Positions 49,501 to 59,878 of a stretch of 64,000 bases of DNA are shown in pieces. The translations under genes were made by a program, and so were the position numbers. Source of the stretch: Alphaproteobacteria bacterium (GTDB lineage: Bacteria; Pseudomonadota; Alphaproteobacteria; SP197); the NCBI GenBank assembly GCA_964291415.2, contig OZ219920.1, positions 672,001 through 736,000 of the forward strand, written 5' to 3'. Positions within the stretch are counted from its first letter, which is position 1; every line of letters starts with the position of its first letter. The notes below the pieces were generated by a model. The model was not told where the DNA came from and ran no database searches. It was given only the letters and a program-made list of their open reading frames with translations.

Positions 49501-50715
49501 ATGGCTGAGCCCGGCCTGATTGACCGCATCCAACTTGGCGAAGATTCGACACTGGAGTTCAAACGCGTCGAAATCAGCGGACAACGCGTCAGAGATCCGG
49601 ACCGGGGTGCGTTCGCTGATGAACTTGCCGCGATGGCGAACGGGCGAGGCGGGACCGTGATCCTGGGAGTGGACGACAAGAGTCGGGAGGTGCTTGGCAT
49701 TGCGCTGAAGGATCTGGATGTTGTCGAGGGTTGGGTCCGTGAGATTTGCAACGATTCGGTGAGGCCGGCGCTCGACGCCGACATCCGCAAGCTGAGAATG
49801 AAGACCGCTGCTGGCAACCGGGTTCCGATTATCCGAATTGATCTGGCACGCAGTCTGTTCATTCACAAGAGTCCCGGGGGATACTTCCGTAGAATTGGTA
49901 GTTCCAAACGCGAATTGACTCCGGAAGCACTCACCCGGCTGATTCAGGAACGCACCTACAGTCGTCTCATTCGGTTCGACGAAACGATCGTCCCTGGAAC
50001 AGGACGCGCGGATTTGCACTTTGCGCTTACTCGAAGATTCACCCGGAACGACCCTACGGATGACACACTGCGCAAACTCCATATCACGTCGAAGGATGAT
50101 GACGGGGCCGAACGTCTCACGATTGCGGGTGTGCTGCTCTGCACGCCGGAGCCGCAACGCTGGATGGCGCACGCGTACGTGCAGGCTGTCAGCTATGCCG
50201 GAGACCGTACTGATGTTGAGTATCAGACAGATTCGCGGGACATCGGCGGACCACTCGACGAACAGGTTGCCGAAGCGTTGCATTTCGTGCGACGGAACAC
50301 ATTGGTACGGGCAACAAAGAAAGGGCCACGGTCGGACAGACCACAGTTCAGCGAACGGGCGGTTTTCGAGGCTCTCGTGAACGCCGTCGCGCATCGTGAC
50401 TACTCAATCGCCGGCTCACGGATACGTCTTCACCTGTTTGGGGACCGGCTCGAGCTCTATGTTCCCGGTGCGCTCGCCAATACGCTGACTCCGGACAGCC
50501 TGCACCTGAGGCAGGCCAGCAGGAACGAACTCATCGTGTCCTTGTTGGCGCGTTGCCCCGCACCAACCGGACTTGGTCGTTCCCGCTTGATGGATCGCCG
50601 AGGTGACGGTGTGCCAATCATTCGCAAGGAATGTGAACGCTTGACCGGCCAGCTTCCCGAGTACAGCGTGCTGGACGATAGTGAACTGCGTCTCGTGGTT
50701 CGGTCGGCGAGCTAA
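49501..50715 (+). CDS. Schlafen/AlbA_2 domain + HATPase_c_4 protein
   Basis: GEDSTLEFK, AMANGRGGTVILGVDD, RRIGSSKR; EALVNAVAHRDYS, DRLELYVPG, RNELI, RGDGV; no C-terminal HTH. Confidence 0.88.
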   Translation: MAEPGLIDRIQLGEDSTLEFKRVEISGQRVRDPDRGAFADELAAMANGRGGTVILGVDDKSREVLGIALKDLDVVEGWVREICNDSVRPALDADIRKLRMKTAAGNRVPIIRIDLARSLFIHKSPGGYFRRIGSSKRELTPEALTRLIQERTYSRLIRFDETIVPGTGRADLHFALTRRFTRNDPTDDTLRKLHITSKDDDGAERLTIAGVLLCTPEPQRWMAHAYVQAVSYAGDRTDVEYQTDSRDIGGPLDEQVAEALHFVRRNTLVRATKKGPRSDRPQFSERAVFEALVNAVAHRDYSIAGSRIRLHLFGDRLELYVPGALANTLTPDSLHLRQASRNELIVSLLARCPAPTGLGRSRLMDRRGDGVPIIRKECERLTGQLPEYSVLDDSELRLVVRSAS

Positions 50716-50813
50716 GTGCTGCATTCGCCTGCCATGCATGCTCCCGTGGCAGTCTCTGTTCGCGTAGGCTGTTCGGTTGCAAGCGGAATGCGAACGACCA
50801 AAGTGCCGGGGCG

Positions 50814-51509
50814 GTGTCAGTGACCGAAAGCATGCAGATTGTATGTCTTGCAAATTCCCGAAAACTGTCGGGACGATGTGTTGCCGGACGGGAGTGGTCG
50901 GCTGATGGAGGGACAGGACGCTGGATCCGCTTCGTCAGCGAACGAGAAAACCAGGAAGTGTCGGAGTACGAGCGCCAGTACGAAGACGGAAGTGATCCCG
51001 GGATTCTCGATATCATCGAAGTGCCAGTGCTCTCGCCACAGCCGGAAGGATACCAGACCGAAAACTGGTTGCTCGATCCGGATTACTATTGGGAAAAGGC
51101 CGGTGTTTATTCATCATTTGATCTTCCCGATCTGATAGATCCGGTTGAGCCTCTTTGGATTGACGGTTACAGCACATTTCATGGTTGTAATGACACGATT
51201 CCCCTTGAAGAAACGGCAAAGGTGGCCGGATCCCTGCGGTTGATTGCGGTCGAGGAACTTACTATCGAGGTGTTTTCGCCCGGCGAAGCCTTTGGGAACT
51301 CCAAGCGGCGCGTACAGGGCCAGTTCATGCATGCGGGTCAGGATTATGCGTTCTGGGTAACTGACCCCCTGTATGAGATGCGATACCTTGCGAAGCTTGA
51401 TGGCACATACGGGATTGGCGAGTGCCATCTCACCATCAGTCTTGGGGAACTGTACCGGAACTCCGCATTTAAGCTCATCGCCGCCATCATCGAACCTGAT
51501 GGGCAATAG
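50814..51509 (+). CDS. Dual OB-fold domain protein
   Basis: IVCLANSRKLSGRCVAG, WIRFVS, LDIIEVP, YQTENW, SLRLI, Y.FWVTDP, LTISLGE, FKLIAAII. Confidence 0.8.
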   Translation: MSVTESMQIVCLANSRKLSGRCVAGREWSADGGTGRWIRFVSERENQEVSEYERQYEDGSDPGILDIIEVPVLSPQPEGYQTENWLLDPDYYWEKAGVYSSFDLPDLIDPVEPLWIDGYSTFHGCNDTIPLEETAKVAGSLRLIAVEELTIEVFSPGEAFGNSKRRVQGQFMHAGQDYAFWVTDPLYEMRYLAKLDGTYGIGECHLTISLGELYRNSAFKLIAAIIEPDGQ

Positions 51510-51513
51510 AATC

Positions 51514-52149
51514 GTGGGTACGAGCAAGAAAACCATTCTGACGATCGGTCACTCCAGCCATACGTTAGAGGACTTCTTCAAGCTTCTGACCCTGCACGGC
51601 GTCACCGTGCTCGCAGATGTGCGCTCTGCCCCTTACAGCCGCTTCAATCCTCAGTTCAATCGCGAAGGGTTCGTCCGGAGTCTCAAGACTTCTGGATTCA
51701 AGTATGTGTATCTCGGACTCGAGCTAGGTGGGCGATCCGACGACCCTTCCTGCTACGAACGCGGCCGTGTTCGCTACGATCTAGTTGCGCACACACCACT
51801 GTTTCGTAGCGGACTGGAGAGGGTTATGCTCGGCGCAGACCGATACTGCATTGCACTGATGTGCGCCGAGAAGGAACCGCTCGACTGCCATCGGGCGCTT
51901 CTCATTGGACACGAACTGGACAAGAGTGGTGTTGAAGTTGCGCACATTCTGGCCGACGGAACGCTTGAACCGCACGCGAGCACGATGGGTCGCCTGCTTG
52001 ATGAGCTCGGGTTCGAGTCCGAATACGATTTGTTCAACCGACACCGAACACGTGACCAACTCGTAGTGGAAGCGATTACACAACAAGCGAAGCGCGTTGG
52101 GCACGTCAATGAACGAGTGAGTGACGTGGCAAGGCAGAAGGAGCCATGA
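51514..52149 (+). CDS. DUF488 family protein (long form)
   Basis: ILTIGHSSH, LADVRSAPYSRFNPQFN, ELGGR, ALMCAEKEPLDCHR. Confidence 0.9.
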   Translation: MGTSKKTILTIGHSSHTLEDFFKLLTLHGVTVLADVRSAPYSRFNPQFNREGFVRSLKTSGFKYVYLGLELGGRSDDPSCYERGRVRYDLVAHTPLFRSGLERVMLGADRYCIALMCAEKEPLDCHRALLIGHELDKSGVEVAHILADGTLEPHASTMGRLLDELGFESEYDLFNRHRTRDQLVVEAITQQAKRVGHVNERVSDVARQKEP

Positions 52150-52610
52150 AAGTATCGACGATAGGTTTCACCCGCAAATCCGCGCAGCGGTTCTTCGAAC
52201 TTCTGCGCGAGTCAGGCACTAGGCGCATCGTGGACGTGAGACTCCGCAACGGCTCCCAGCTTGCCGGGTTCGCCAAGAAGGGTGATCTCGCCTGGTTTGC
52301 GCGCGAACTGTGCGGCATAGACTATGTCCATGTGCCGGACCTCGCACCCACGAACGAGCTGTTGGGCGCGTATCGACAGGGACGAATCTCCTGGGACGCC
52401 TACGAAGAGCGGTTTGTCGACCTGATGAAGGCCCGCAGGATCGAATCCGTTCTGCCTGGGGACGTTGTGGACAATGCCTGTCTGCTGTGCAGCGAAGACC
52501 AGCCGCATCATTGTCACCGTCGGCTCGTCGCCGAGTATCTGAAGGAACATTGGGGCGATGTGGAGATCGAGCACCTGGGTCTCAAGAAGGATGCGCGCCG
52601 GTCCGCCTGA
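52146..52610 (+). CDS. DUF488 family protein (short form)
   Basis: STIGFTRKSAQRFF, VDVRLRNGSQLAGFAK, LAPT, CLLCSEDQPHHCHRRLVAEYL; ATGA overlap. Confidence 0.9.
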   Translation: MKVSTIGFTRKSAQRFFELLRESGTRRIVDVRLRNGSQLAGFAKKGDLAWFARELCGIDYVHVPDLAPTNELLGAYRQGRISWDAYEERFVDLMKARRIESVLPGDVVDNACLLCSEDQPHHCHRRLVAEYLKEHWGDVEIEHLGLKKDARRSA

Positions 52611-52661
52611 CCGTGTTGGGACAGTCCTTGCGCCGTGAGGACGTGGTCTGCGTCGACAGGC

Positions 52662-53870
52662 TCAGCCTGCCGTCCCGAGGGGCTCGATACAATCCGGTGC
52701 GTCCCAGCCGAATGTGTGCAAGTCCTTCCAAGGGAGCAGTCTGCCCGTTCTCCGGTGCTGGGCGCCGTCGCCGCCATAGACGACGAGGGTGGAGCACCCA
52801 GGGGCCGAATTGACGAGGTGTTGGCGAATGCGGTTGCCACCTTGGAACAGGCTTGATGACGGCGTCATGGATGCCTTTGCCTCGACAACTGCGATGCCAC
52901 CCGGATGTTCGACAATCAGATCGGCCTCGGCCCCATTCCGGTCGCGGTAGTGCGAAATGCCCCTGGTCTCGCCCTGATTGGCCCGATGCTTGACAATCTC
53001 CGACACGACCCAGGTTTCGAAGATCGGGCCGCGCAAGGGGTGTGCTTGGAGCTGGTCAGGATTTCGGATGCCCAATAGCCAGCAGACCAGCCCGGTATCG
53101 CAGAAATGCAGCTTCGGCGTTCTCACCAGTCGCTTGCGAACATTCGTGTGAAAGGCTGGCAGGCGGAAGGCGATGAAGCTGGTTTCAAGTATGCTCAGCC
53201 AGGCCTTCGCGGTCGGCTGCGAGATGGCGCAGTCTCCCGCCAGTGATGAGAGGTTGAGCAGTTGTGCCGTTTGACTGGCACAAAGCGTGACGAAACGCTG
53301 GAATGTCGAAAGGTCGCCCACATTGGCGATCATCCGCACGTCGCGCTCGATGTAGGTCGCGACGTAGGAGCCAAGCCACTCCGGGACATCATGACCTTCA
53401 TCGAAAATTCGCGGGTAGGAGCCGGCAAAGAGAGTCTCGTCGAGAGTCTCTGGATGCTTCGCAAATCGAATCGTCTCGCCCCGTGTCAACGGGAACAGGT
53501 TGCAAAGCGCCGTCCTTCCGGCAAGCGACTGGCTGACCGATTGGAGGAGCGAGAGATTTTGAGATCCTGTGAGAATCCAGCGCCCGGGCTTGGGGTCGGT
53601 GTCGATGATGCCCTGCAGGTAGGAGAACAACCCGGGCACCTTCTGAATCTCGTCGAGAACAGCGCCGCAGGGAAACTGTGCGAGGAAAGCTCGCGGGTCT
53701 TCCATGGCAAAGGCCCGCACGTCCAGGTCTTCCAGCGACTGATACGGATGTTGTGGAAAGAGGGTGCGGCACAACGTGGTCTTGCCGCTCTGCCGGGGCC
53801 CGGTCAGCGTGATGGATGGCCAAGTCTGCGCGGCCTGAATCAGCCTTGGTGCAATGTCGCGTGCGATCAT
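52662..53870 (-). CDS. AAA_14 ATPase with DUF4143 C-terminal domain
   Basis: GPRQSGKTT, LDEIQK, LTGSQ, SLAGR, TPKLHFCDTG, GPIFETWV, YRDRNGAEADLI..EAK. Confidence 0.9.
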   Translation of the reverse strand: MIARDIAPRLIQAAQTWPSITLTGPRQSGKTTLCRTLFPQHPYQSLEDLDVRAFAMEDPRAFLAQFPCGAVLDEIQKVPGLFSYLQGIIDTDPKPGRWILTGSQNLSLLQSVSQSLAGRTALCNLFPLTRGETIRFAKHPETLDETLFAGSYPRIFDEGHDVPEWLGSYVATYIERDVRMIANVGDLSTFQRFVTLCASQTAQLLNLSSLAGDCAISQPTAKAWLSILETSFIAFRLPAFHTNVRKRLVRTPKLHFCDTGLVCWLLGIRNPDQLQAHPLRGPIFETWVVSEIVKHRANQGETRGISHYRDRNGAEADLIVEHPGGIAVVEAKASMTPSSSLFQGGNRIRQHLVNSAPGCSTLVVYGGDGAQHRRTGRLLPWKDLHTFGWDAPDCIEPLGTAG

Positions 53871-54077
53871 GATGCGAAACGTAACAAAGTCACAGGCCAA
53901 ATCAAGATAGGATTTTGAAATGGCCTTGGCTTGCGACTCACCCGGAGCCGCTACGGTCTCCACGCCTGTGGATCGCGAAGTCGAGCGACGGAAGGGCCGT
54001 GCCGGGCCGAACGCCGACAGTGGCAGTGGGCGCTGTTGTCTGTGGAGTTCGCCTGCCGGCTCGTGTATGCCCTTGGC

Positions 54078-54989
54078 ATGGGCATCACGCAGGAACAGGC
54101 GCGGGAGATCAGCGAACAGCGGTCGCGCTCCGAATCGACGCGACGGGTGGTGTCGCCGGGGCTCGAGGCGCTGCTCTACGAGCCAATCGAGGTGCTCGAT
54201 CACGGGTTCGTGCGCGTCATCGACTACCTGGGGGATGACAGCGCCATCGTCCAGGCGGCACGGGTGTCCTACGGGACGGGCACACGGTCGGTGCGTGGCG
54301 ATGCGGCGCTCATTGCCTACCTGATGCGCCACCGCCACACGACGCCCTTCGAGATGTGCGAGATCAAGTACCACGTCAAGCTGCCGGTGTTCGTGGCCCG
54401 CCAGTGGATTCGCCACCGCACGGCCAGCGTCAACGAGGTCTCGGCGCGGTACTCGATTCTCGACCGCGAGTTCCATATCCCGGCGCCTGACAACCTGGCC
54501 CGCCAGTCGACGCAGAACCGGCAGGGACGGAGCGACATTCTCGAGGGCGACGAGGCCGCGAGGGTGCTGGAGATTCTCAAGGACGACGCCAGCCGCGCCT
54601 ATGGACACTACGAAGAGTTGCTCGACGACGAAGGGCCTGGCCTTGCCCGCGAACTGGCGCGCATCAACCTGCCGCTCGGCATCTACACCCAGTGGTACTG
54701 GAAGACCAATCTTCACAACCTGCTTCACTTCCTCGCCCTGAGGGCGGATTCCCATGCCCAGCACGAGATCAGGGTCTATGCCGAGGCGATGCTGGAGACG
54801 GTGAAGGCCTGGGTTCCGCTGGCCCACGAGGCCTTTGTCGAATGCCGGCTTGACGGCGCGGAACTGACGGCGAAACAGCTGGCGGCGGTGCGCCGCATGC
54901 TCAACGGCGAGACGGTGACGGCGGAAACAAGCGGGCTGTCGCGACGGATGTGGGACGAACTGCAGGCCGTGCTGGAGGACCGTCCCTGA
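54078..54989 (+). CDS. thyX: FAD-dependent thymidylate synthase
   Basis: [48 protein letters not shown]. Confidence 0.96.
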   Translation: MGITQEQAREISEQRSRSESTRRVVSPGLEALLYEPIEVLDHGFVRVIDYLGDDSAIVQAARVSYGTGTRSVRGDAALIAYLMRHRHTTPFEMCEIKYHVKLPVFVARQWIRHRTASVNEVSARYSILDREFHIPAPDNLARQSTQNRQGRSDILEGDEAARVLEILKDDASRAYGHYEELLDDEGPGLARELARINLPLGIYTQWYWKTNLHNLLHFLALRADSHAQHEIRVYAEAMLETVKAWVPLAHEAFVECRLDGAELTAKQLAAVRRMLNGETVTAETSGLSRRMWDELQAVLEDRP

Positions 54990-55013
54990 CGGACGGCGGG
55001 CCGGACCGGCCGC

Positions 55014-56084
55014 TTATTCGATGACGATGCGCGGGCCTTCCGGGCGGGCTCCCGGCAGGCTCTCCAGGACCGCCGAGGCCACCTCCTGATAGGCGTTGGC
55101 AATGGCGCCCCCGGGTTCGGCGGCGACAATGGGAAGACCGCTGTCCGATGTCTCGCGAATCCTGACGTCGAGAGGAATCTCGCCCAGGAAGGGAACCCCC
55201 AGCCTGGCGGCCTCGTGCCTTGCGCCGCCATGGGCGAAGACTTCGGTGCGGTGACCGCAGGCCGGACAGGCGAAATAGCTCATGTTCTCGACAATGCCGA
55301 GGATGGGGACATCCACCTTGCGGAACATGTTGAGTCCCTTGCGGGCGTCGATGAGCGACAGATCCTGCGGTGTGGACACGATCACGGCGCCGGCGAGCGG
55401 CGTCCTCTGGGTGAGCGAGAGCTGGACGTCGCCGGTCCCCGGCGGCAGATCGACGATCATGATGTCGGCCTCGCCCCACGCCACCTGGCGCAACATCTGT
55501 TCCAGGGCGCTCTGCACCATTGGGCCGCGCCACACCATGGGCTGGTCCTCTCCGATCAAGAGGCCGATCGACATGGTCGCGATACCGTGGGCCATCTTCG
55601 GATAGAGCAGTGTCCCGTCAGTCTCCGGCTTGCCCGTCAGTCCGAAGAGGCGGGGCGCCGAAGGGCCGTAGATGTCCGCATCAAGGAAAACGACCTTGCG
55701 GCCCCCGGCGGCCAGGGCCAGCGCCAGATTGGCCGCGGTCGTCGACTTGCCGACGCCACCCTTGCCGCTGGCCACCGCCACGATGGACTTGACGCCGTCG
55801 ATGCCTCCGGCGGGCTCTGCCGGGGCGGCCTGATCGCGGTGAGCGGTCATGACGACGCTGGACGAGAGCACTCCGGGCAGGGCGCGAATGGCGTCTTCTG
55901 CCGCCTTGCGCACCGGCTCGTACGTGTGGCCGCGATCAGCCGGCACCTCCATGACGAACCCGACGTTGCCGTCCTTGACGACGAGATTGGAGACGAGACC
56001 CTCGTCGCTGATCGGTCGGCCGCTCCCGGGATCGATGATCCCGCGAAGGGCCGCTTCAACTGTCTCTTGCGTGACTCGTGCCAT
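55014..56084 (-). CDS. apbC: Mrp/ApbC Fe-S cluster carrier ATPase
   Basis: VASGKGGVGKST, DADIYGPS, WRGPMV, DLPPGTGD, ENMSYFACPAC. Confidence 0.93.
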   Translation of the reverse strand: MARVTQETVEAALRGIIDPGSGRPISDEGLVSNLVVKDGNVGFVMEVPADRGHTYEPVRKAAEDAIRALPGVLSSSVVMTAHRDQAAPAEPAGGIDGVKSIVAVASGKGGVGKSTTAANLALALAAGGRKVVFLDADIYGPSAPRLFGLTGKPETDGTLLYPKMAHGIATMSIGLLIGEDQPMVWRGPMVQSALEQMLRQVAWGEADIMIVDLPPGTGDVQLSLTQRTPLAGAVIVSTPQDLSLIDARKGLNMFRKVDVPILGIVENMSYFACPACGHRTEVFAHGGARHEAARLGVPFLGEIPLDVRIRETSDSGLPIVAAEPGGAIANAYQEVASAVLESLPGARPEGPRIVIE

Positions 56085-56207
56085 CGCTCGTCGTCCTTCC
56101 CGCGTTGCAGGCAACACGCAGGTGACATATAACGCGGGGACCCTTGGCAACAACCCATAAAGTGCGGAACCCGGCTCACCTGGATCCGCCAGGAAGGCAG
56201 CGAACCC

Positions 56208-57263
56208 ATGTCCTGGAATGACGGTGGTGGAGGTGGATGGGGCGGCTCCGGCGGCGGCCCCTGGGGACGGCGTCCCTCGGGCGGCGGCGGCCGCGAATTC
56301 GAGGAACTCGTCCGCAACATGCAAAAGAAGGGCCGGCGATTCCTGCCCGGCGGTTTCGGCGGAATCAGGGGAATCCTGATCATCCTCGTCGTGCTTGTCG
56401 CCGTGTGGCTGGCGAGTGGAATCTACCGGGTCGACACCAACGAGCAGGGTGTCGAGGTTGTCTTTGGACGCTGGGTCAACACGACGACACCCGGCCTCGA
56501 CTACAACTGGCCGGCGCCCGTCGGACAGGTCTTCACGCCGACGGTGACGGAGATCCAGCAGTTCACGATCGGCACGACGCCCAACCAGAGCCTGATGTTG
56601 ACGGGTGACGAGAACATCATCGACGTCAAGTTCGTCGTGAAGTGGAAGATCGACGACGCCGGAAAGTTCCTGTTCAACATCTCCGATCCGGAGGGAACGA
56701 CACGCAACGTGGCCGAGAGCGCGATGCGTCAGGCCATCGGCCGCACCCCGTTGGCGACGGCTCTTGCCGAAGGCCGGGCGGAAGTCGAACAGAAGACACT
56801 GGAGTTGATGCAGACGATGCTCGACGAGTACGGTGCCGGAGTCGAGATCCGTCAGGTCGAACTGCAGAGCGTCGATCCGCCTGCGGCGGTGATCGACGCC
56901 TTCCGCGATGTCCAGGCTGCCCGGGCGGACCAGGAACGCTCGATCAACGAGGCCCAGGCCTACCAGAACCAGATCGTGCCGGTCGCCCGTGGTGATTCGC
57001 AGCGCATGATTCAGGAGGCGGAGGCCTACAAGGAGCAGGTGATCAACACGGCCCAGGGCGATGCCGCCCGCTTCATGTCGGTCTACAACGAGTACATCTT
57101 GGCCGAGGACGTGACGGAGCGGCGCATCTACCTCGAGACCATGGAAACGGTGCTGCGGGACATGGAGAAGATCGTCATCGACACCGGGGCCATGGACGGC
57201 CAGGGGGTCGTACCCTACCTGCCGCTCGACCAGCTGCGGCGAAGCAGCGACGAGGAGGGCTGA
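56208..57263 (+). CDS. hflK: FtsH modulator HflK
   Basis: Gly-rich N-terminus, MLTGDENIIDV, AESAMR, DAFRDVQAARAD, RIYLETME. Confidence 0.95.
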   Translation: MSWNDGGGGGWGGSGGGPWGRRPSGGGGREFEELVRNMQKKGRRFLPGGFGGIRGILIILVVLVAVWLASGIYRVDTNEQGVEVVFGRWVNTTTPGLDYNWPAPVGQVFTPTVTEIQQFTIGTTPNQSLMLTGDENIIDVKFVVKWKIDDAGKFLFNISDPEGTTRNVAESAMRQAIGRTPLATALAEGRAEVEQKTLELMQTMLDEYGAGVEIRQVELQSVDPPAAVIDAFRDVQAARADQERSINEAQAYQNQIVPVARGDSQRMIQEAEAYKEQVINTAQGDAARFMSVYNEYILAEDVTERRIYLETMETVLRDMEKIVIDTGAMDGQGVVPYLPLDQLRRSSDEEG

Positions 57264-57266
57264 GCC

Positions 57267-58163
57267 GTGAACATCAAGATCATTCTCTCGGTCATCGGCC
57301 TTGCCGCCGCCCTGGTGGTCGGTTCCATGTCGGTGTTCACCGTCGCCGAATACGAGCAGGGGATCGTTGTCCAGTTCGGTGACCCCAAGCGGGTGGTGAG
57401 CGAGCCCGGTCTCAATTTCAAGCTTCCGTGGCAGGACGTCATCTACTACGAGAAGCGTGTCATCCAGGTCGACGGAGAGCCCGAACAGGTGACTGCGTCG
57501 GACCAGAAGCGCCTGGTTGTCGACGCCTTTGCCCTCTACCGCATCACGGATCCCCTGAAATTCAAGAACTCGGCGATCACCATCGACCGTTTCGAGGGAT
57601 TCATGCTCAGAACGCTGACCGGCACGTTGCGCCAGCACATCGGCCGGGTGCCGCTGGTCGATGTGGTTTCCGGGGAGCGCGAGACGTTGATGAACGCGAT
57701 TCAGGAATCCCTGGTCAGGGCGACCGAGCAGTACGGCATCGAGGTGACGGACGTGCGCATCAAGCGCACCGACCTTCCCCAGGAAAACAGCCAGGCCATC
57801 TACCGGCGCATGCAGACCGAGCGCGAGCGTGAAGCAAGCGAGATCCGCGCGGAGGGCGAGGAGCAGTCATTGCGCATCCGCGCCGAGGCCGATCGGACCC
57901 GCACCGTGCTGTTGTCGGAAGCAAGGCGCGATTCCGAAATCCTGCGTGGCGAGGGAGACGGAGAAGTGGTGCGCATCTTTGCCGAAGCCTTCGGCCGGGA
58001 TGTCGACTTCTTCACGTTCTATCGCACCATGCAGGCCTACCGTGAGGCGCTCAACTCCACGGACACCACGCTGGTGCTGACGCCGGAGGGAGACTTCCTG
58101 CGTTTCCTGACGAGTTTCGAGGGTCTCCAGATGAGCCCTCGTTCTGACACATTCGCCGAGTAA
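57267..58163 (+). CDS. hflC: FtsH modulator HflC
   Basis: PGLNFKLP, DQKRLVVDAF, DVRIKRTDLP, RMQTERERE, FFTFYRTMQAY. Confidence 0.95.
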   Translation: MNIKIILSVIGLAAALVVGSMSVFTVAEYEQGIVVQFGDPKRVVSEPGLNFKLPWQDVIYYEKRVIQVDGEPEQVTASDQKRLVVDAFALYRITDPLKFKNSAITIDRFEGFMLRTLTGTLRQHIGRVPLVDVVSGERETLMNAIQESLVRATEQYGIEVTDVRIKRTDLPQENSQAIYRRMQTEREREASEIRAEGEEQSLRIRAEADRTRTVLLSEARRDSEILRGEGDGEVVRIFAEAFGRDVDFFTFYRTMQAYREALNSTDTTLVLTPEGDFLRFLTSFEGLQMSPRSDTFAE

Positions 58164-58192
58164 GTGGTGGCGTATCGCCTGACCGGGCGCCG

Positions 58193-58378
58193 ATGACCGA
58201 CCTGGCTGTGGCACTTGCCATTGCCATGTTTCTCGAAGGTGTCGCCTGGGCACTGTTCCCGGGCGCCATGAAGAGGGCCATGGTGCATGTCCTGGCCCAG
58301 CCCCTCTCCACGGTGCGAACGGTCGGTCTGATGGTGGCCCTGGCCGGCGTGACAGCCGTATGGTTGCTGCGTGGCTGA
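58193..58378 (+). CDS. DUF2065 small membrane protein
   Basis: LEGVAWALFPGAMKR..RTVGL; usual position after hflC. Confidence 0.85.
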   Translation: MTDLAVALAIAMFLEGVAWALFPGAMKRAMVHVLAQPLSTVRTVGLMVALAGVTAVWLLRG

Positions 58379-58405
58379 ATGCGAAGTCGATACAGAGGTC
58401 GTGAC

Positions 58406-59878
58406 ATGACGATGAACCGGACCGGTTTCTTCCCTGTACTTGTTCTGACGTTCCTTCTCTCCGGGTTCTCCGGTCCCGGCAGCCATGCACACGGCACTGG
58501 CGAAGGTCATGCCGATCTGGCGGAACGCCTGCTCCCATCGGTGGTGTCGATCTTCACTGAGACCGAAGTCGCCGGAGGCAGCCGTTCAGGAACCAATCCC
58601 TATTCGGGAACGCCATTCGAGGAATTCTTCGAGCGCTTCTTCAACCGGCAGAATCCTGACCGGGAGGACAGCGAGCCGCGCTCGGCCCCGTGGGCGCTGG
58701 GATCCGGGTTCATCATCCACGAAGACGGCGACATCGTGACCAACGCCCATGTCATCGACAAGGCCTCGAAGATTCTCGTGCGCCTCGATGACGGGACCGA
58801 ATACGAAGCCACGGTAATGGCGACGGACTCCAAGACCGATATTGCCCTGCTCAGGGTCGAGGCAGACGATCCGTTGCCGGCAGTGGCCTTTGGCGATTCG
58901 GACGTCGTGCGCATCGGCGATGTCGCCCTTGCCATCGGCAACCCCTTCGGATTCGGCAACTCCGTGACAGCCGGAATCATCTCGGCGCGCCAGCGGGACA
59001 TCAACGCAGGTCCCTACGACCAGTTTCTGCAGACGGATGCGCCCATCAACCGCGGCAATTCGGGCGGACCTCTGTTCAATATCGACGGCGAGGTTATCGG
59101 CGTGAACACGCTGATCTATTCGCCGTCTGGTGGTTCGGTGGGCATCGGCTTCGCCGTTCCCTCCAATGTGGTGGCGCACGTTGTCCACCAGCTCAAGGAG
59201 TATGGCCGGACGCGCCGCGGCTGGCTTGGCGTGCGTATCCAGCCGGTGACCCCGGAGATCGCCGAGGGCCTCGGTCTGCCCGAGGCGAGCGGCGCGCTCG
59301 TGGCGAGTGTCACGCCTGACAGCCCCGCTGAAGCCGCCGGGTTCCAGGTCGGCGACACCATCGTCCGCTTCAACGGCCTTCCGATCGACGACATGCGCGA
59401 GCTGCCGCGCGCCGTGGTGCGCACGGAAGTGGGCCTCGAGGTCGAGGTCGTCGTCATCCGCGACGGCGAAGAACGCGCCATCGACGTGGTGCTCGGAGAA
59501 CTCGAGGCCTACGAAGCCACCCTCGCCGGCGCCACGGACCAGTCAGGTGACAGCGTCGAAGACGTCGAAGAGGTCCAGGAAGAAGTTCTTCTCGGGATGG
59601 AGATCCGCCCGCTCAATGCTGAACTTGCCCGCCAGTTCGAGCTTGAGGACGACGCGACGGGCCTCGTCGTCACCCGGGTCGAACCGGCTGGCCCGGCGTA
59701 CCGTGGAGGCGTCCAGGCCGGTGACATCCTGCTCCATGTCGGGCGCGAGCCCGTGGAGTCCGTCGAGCAGGTGAGGGACCTCCTCGAGGCGGCCAAGGGA
59801 AGAAACGCCCAGTCCGTGGTCGTTCTCATCGAACGTGCGGGCGATCCGAGATACCTGGCCCTGGAAATCGGTGATTGA
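58406..59878 (+). CDS. degP: DegP/Do periplasmic serine endoprotease with two PDZ domains
   Basis: LGSGFII, TNAHV, TDIALL, QTDAPINRGNSGGPL, RGWLGV. Confidence 0.93.
   Translation: MTMNRTGFFPVLVLTFLLSGFSGPGSHAHGTGEGHADLAERLLPSVVSIFTETEVAGGSRSGTNPYSGTPFEEFFERFFNRQNPDREDSEPRSAPWALGSGFIIHEDGDIVTNAHVIDKASKILVRLDDGTEYEATVMATDSKTDIALLRVEADDPLPAVAFGDSDVVRIGDVALAIGNPFGFGNSVTAGIISARQRDINAGPYDQFLQTDAPINRGNSGGPLFNIDGEVIGVNTLIYSPSGGSVGIGFAVPSNVVAHVVHQLKEYGRTRRGWLGVRIQPVTPEIAEGLGLPEASGALVASVTPDSPAEAAGFQVGDTIVRFNGLPIDDMRELPRAVVRTEVGLEVEVVVIRDGEERAIDVVLGELEAYEATLAGATDQSGDSVEDVEEVQEEVLLGMEIRPLNAELARQFELEDDATGLVVTRVEPAGPAYRGGVQAGDILLHVGREPVESVEQVRDLLEAAKGRNAQSVVVLIERAGDPRYLALEIGD

Noticed and set aside
53871-57638. 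Long N-terminal extensions on the AAA ATPase (to 54827) and Mrp (to 57638) ORFs
   Set aside because: They are antisense to thyX and hflK/hflC; true starts are at 53870 and 56084
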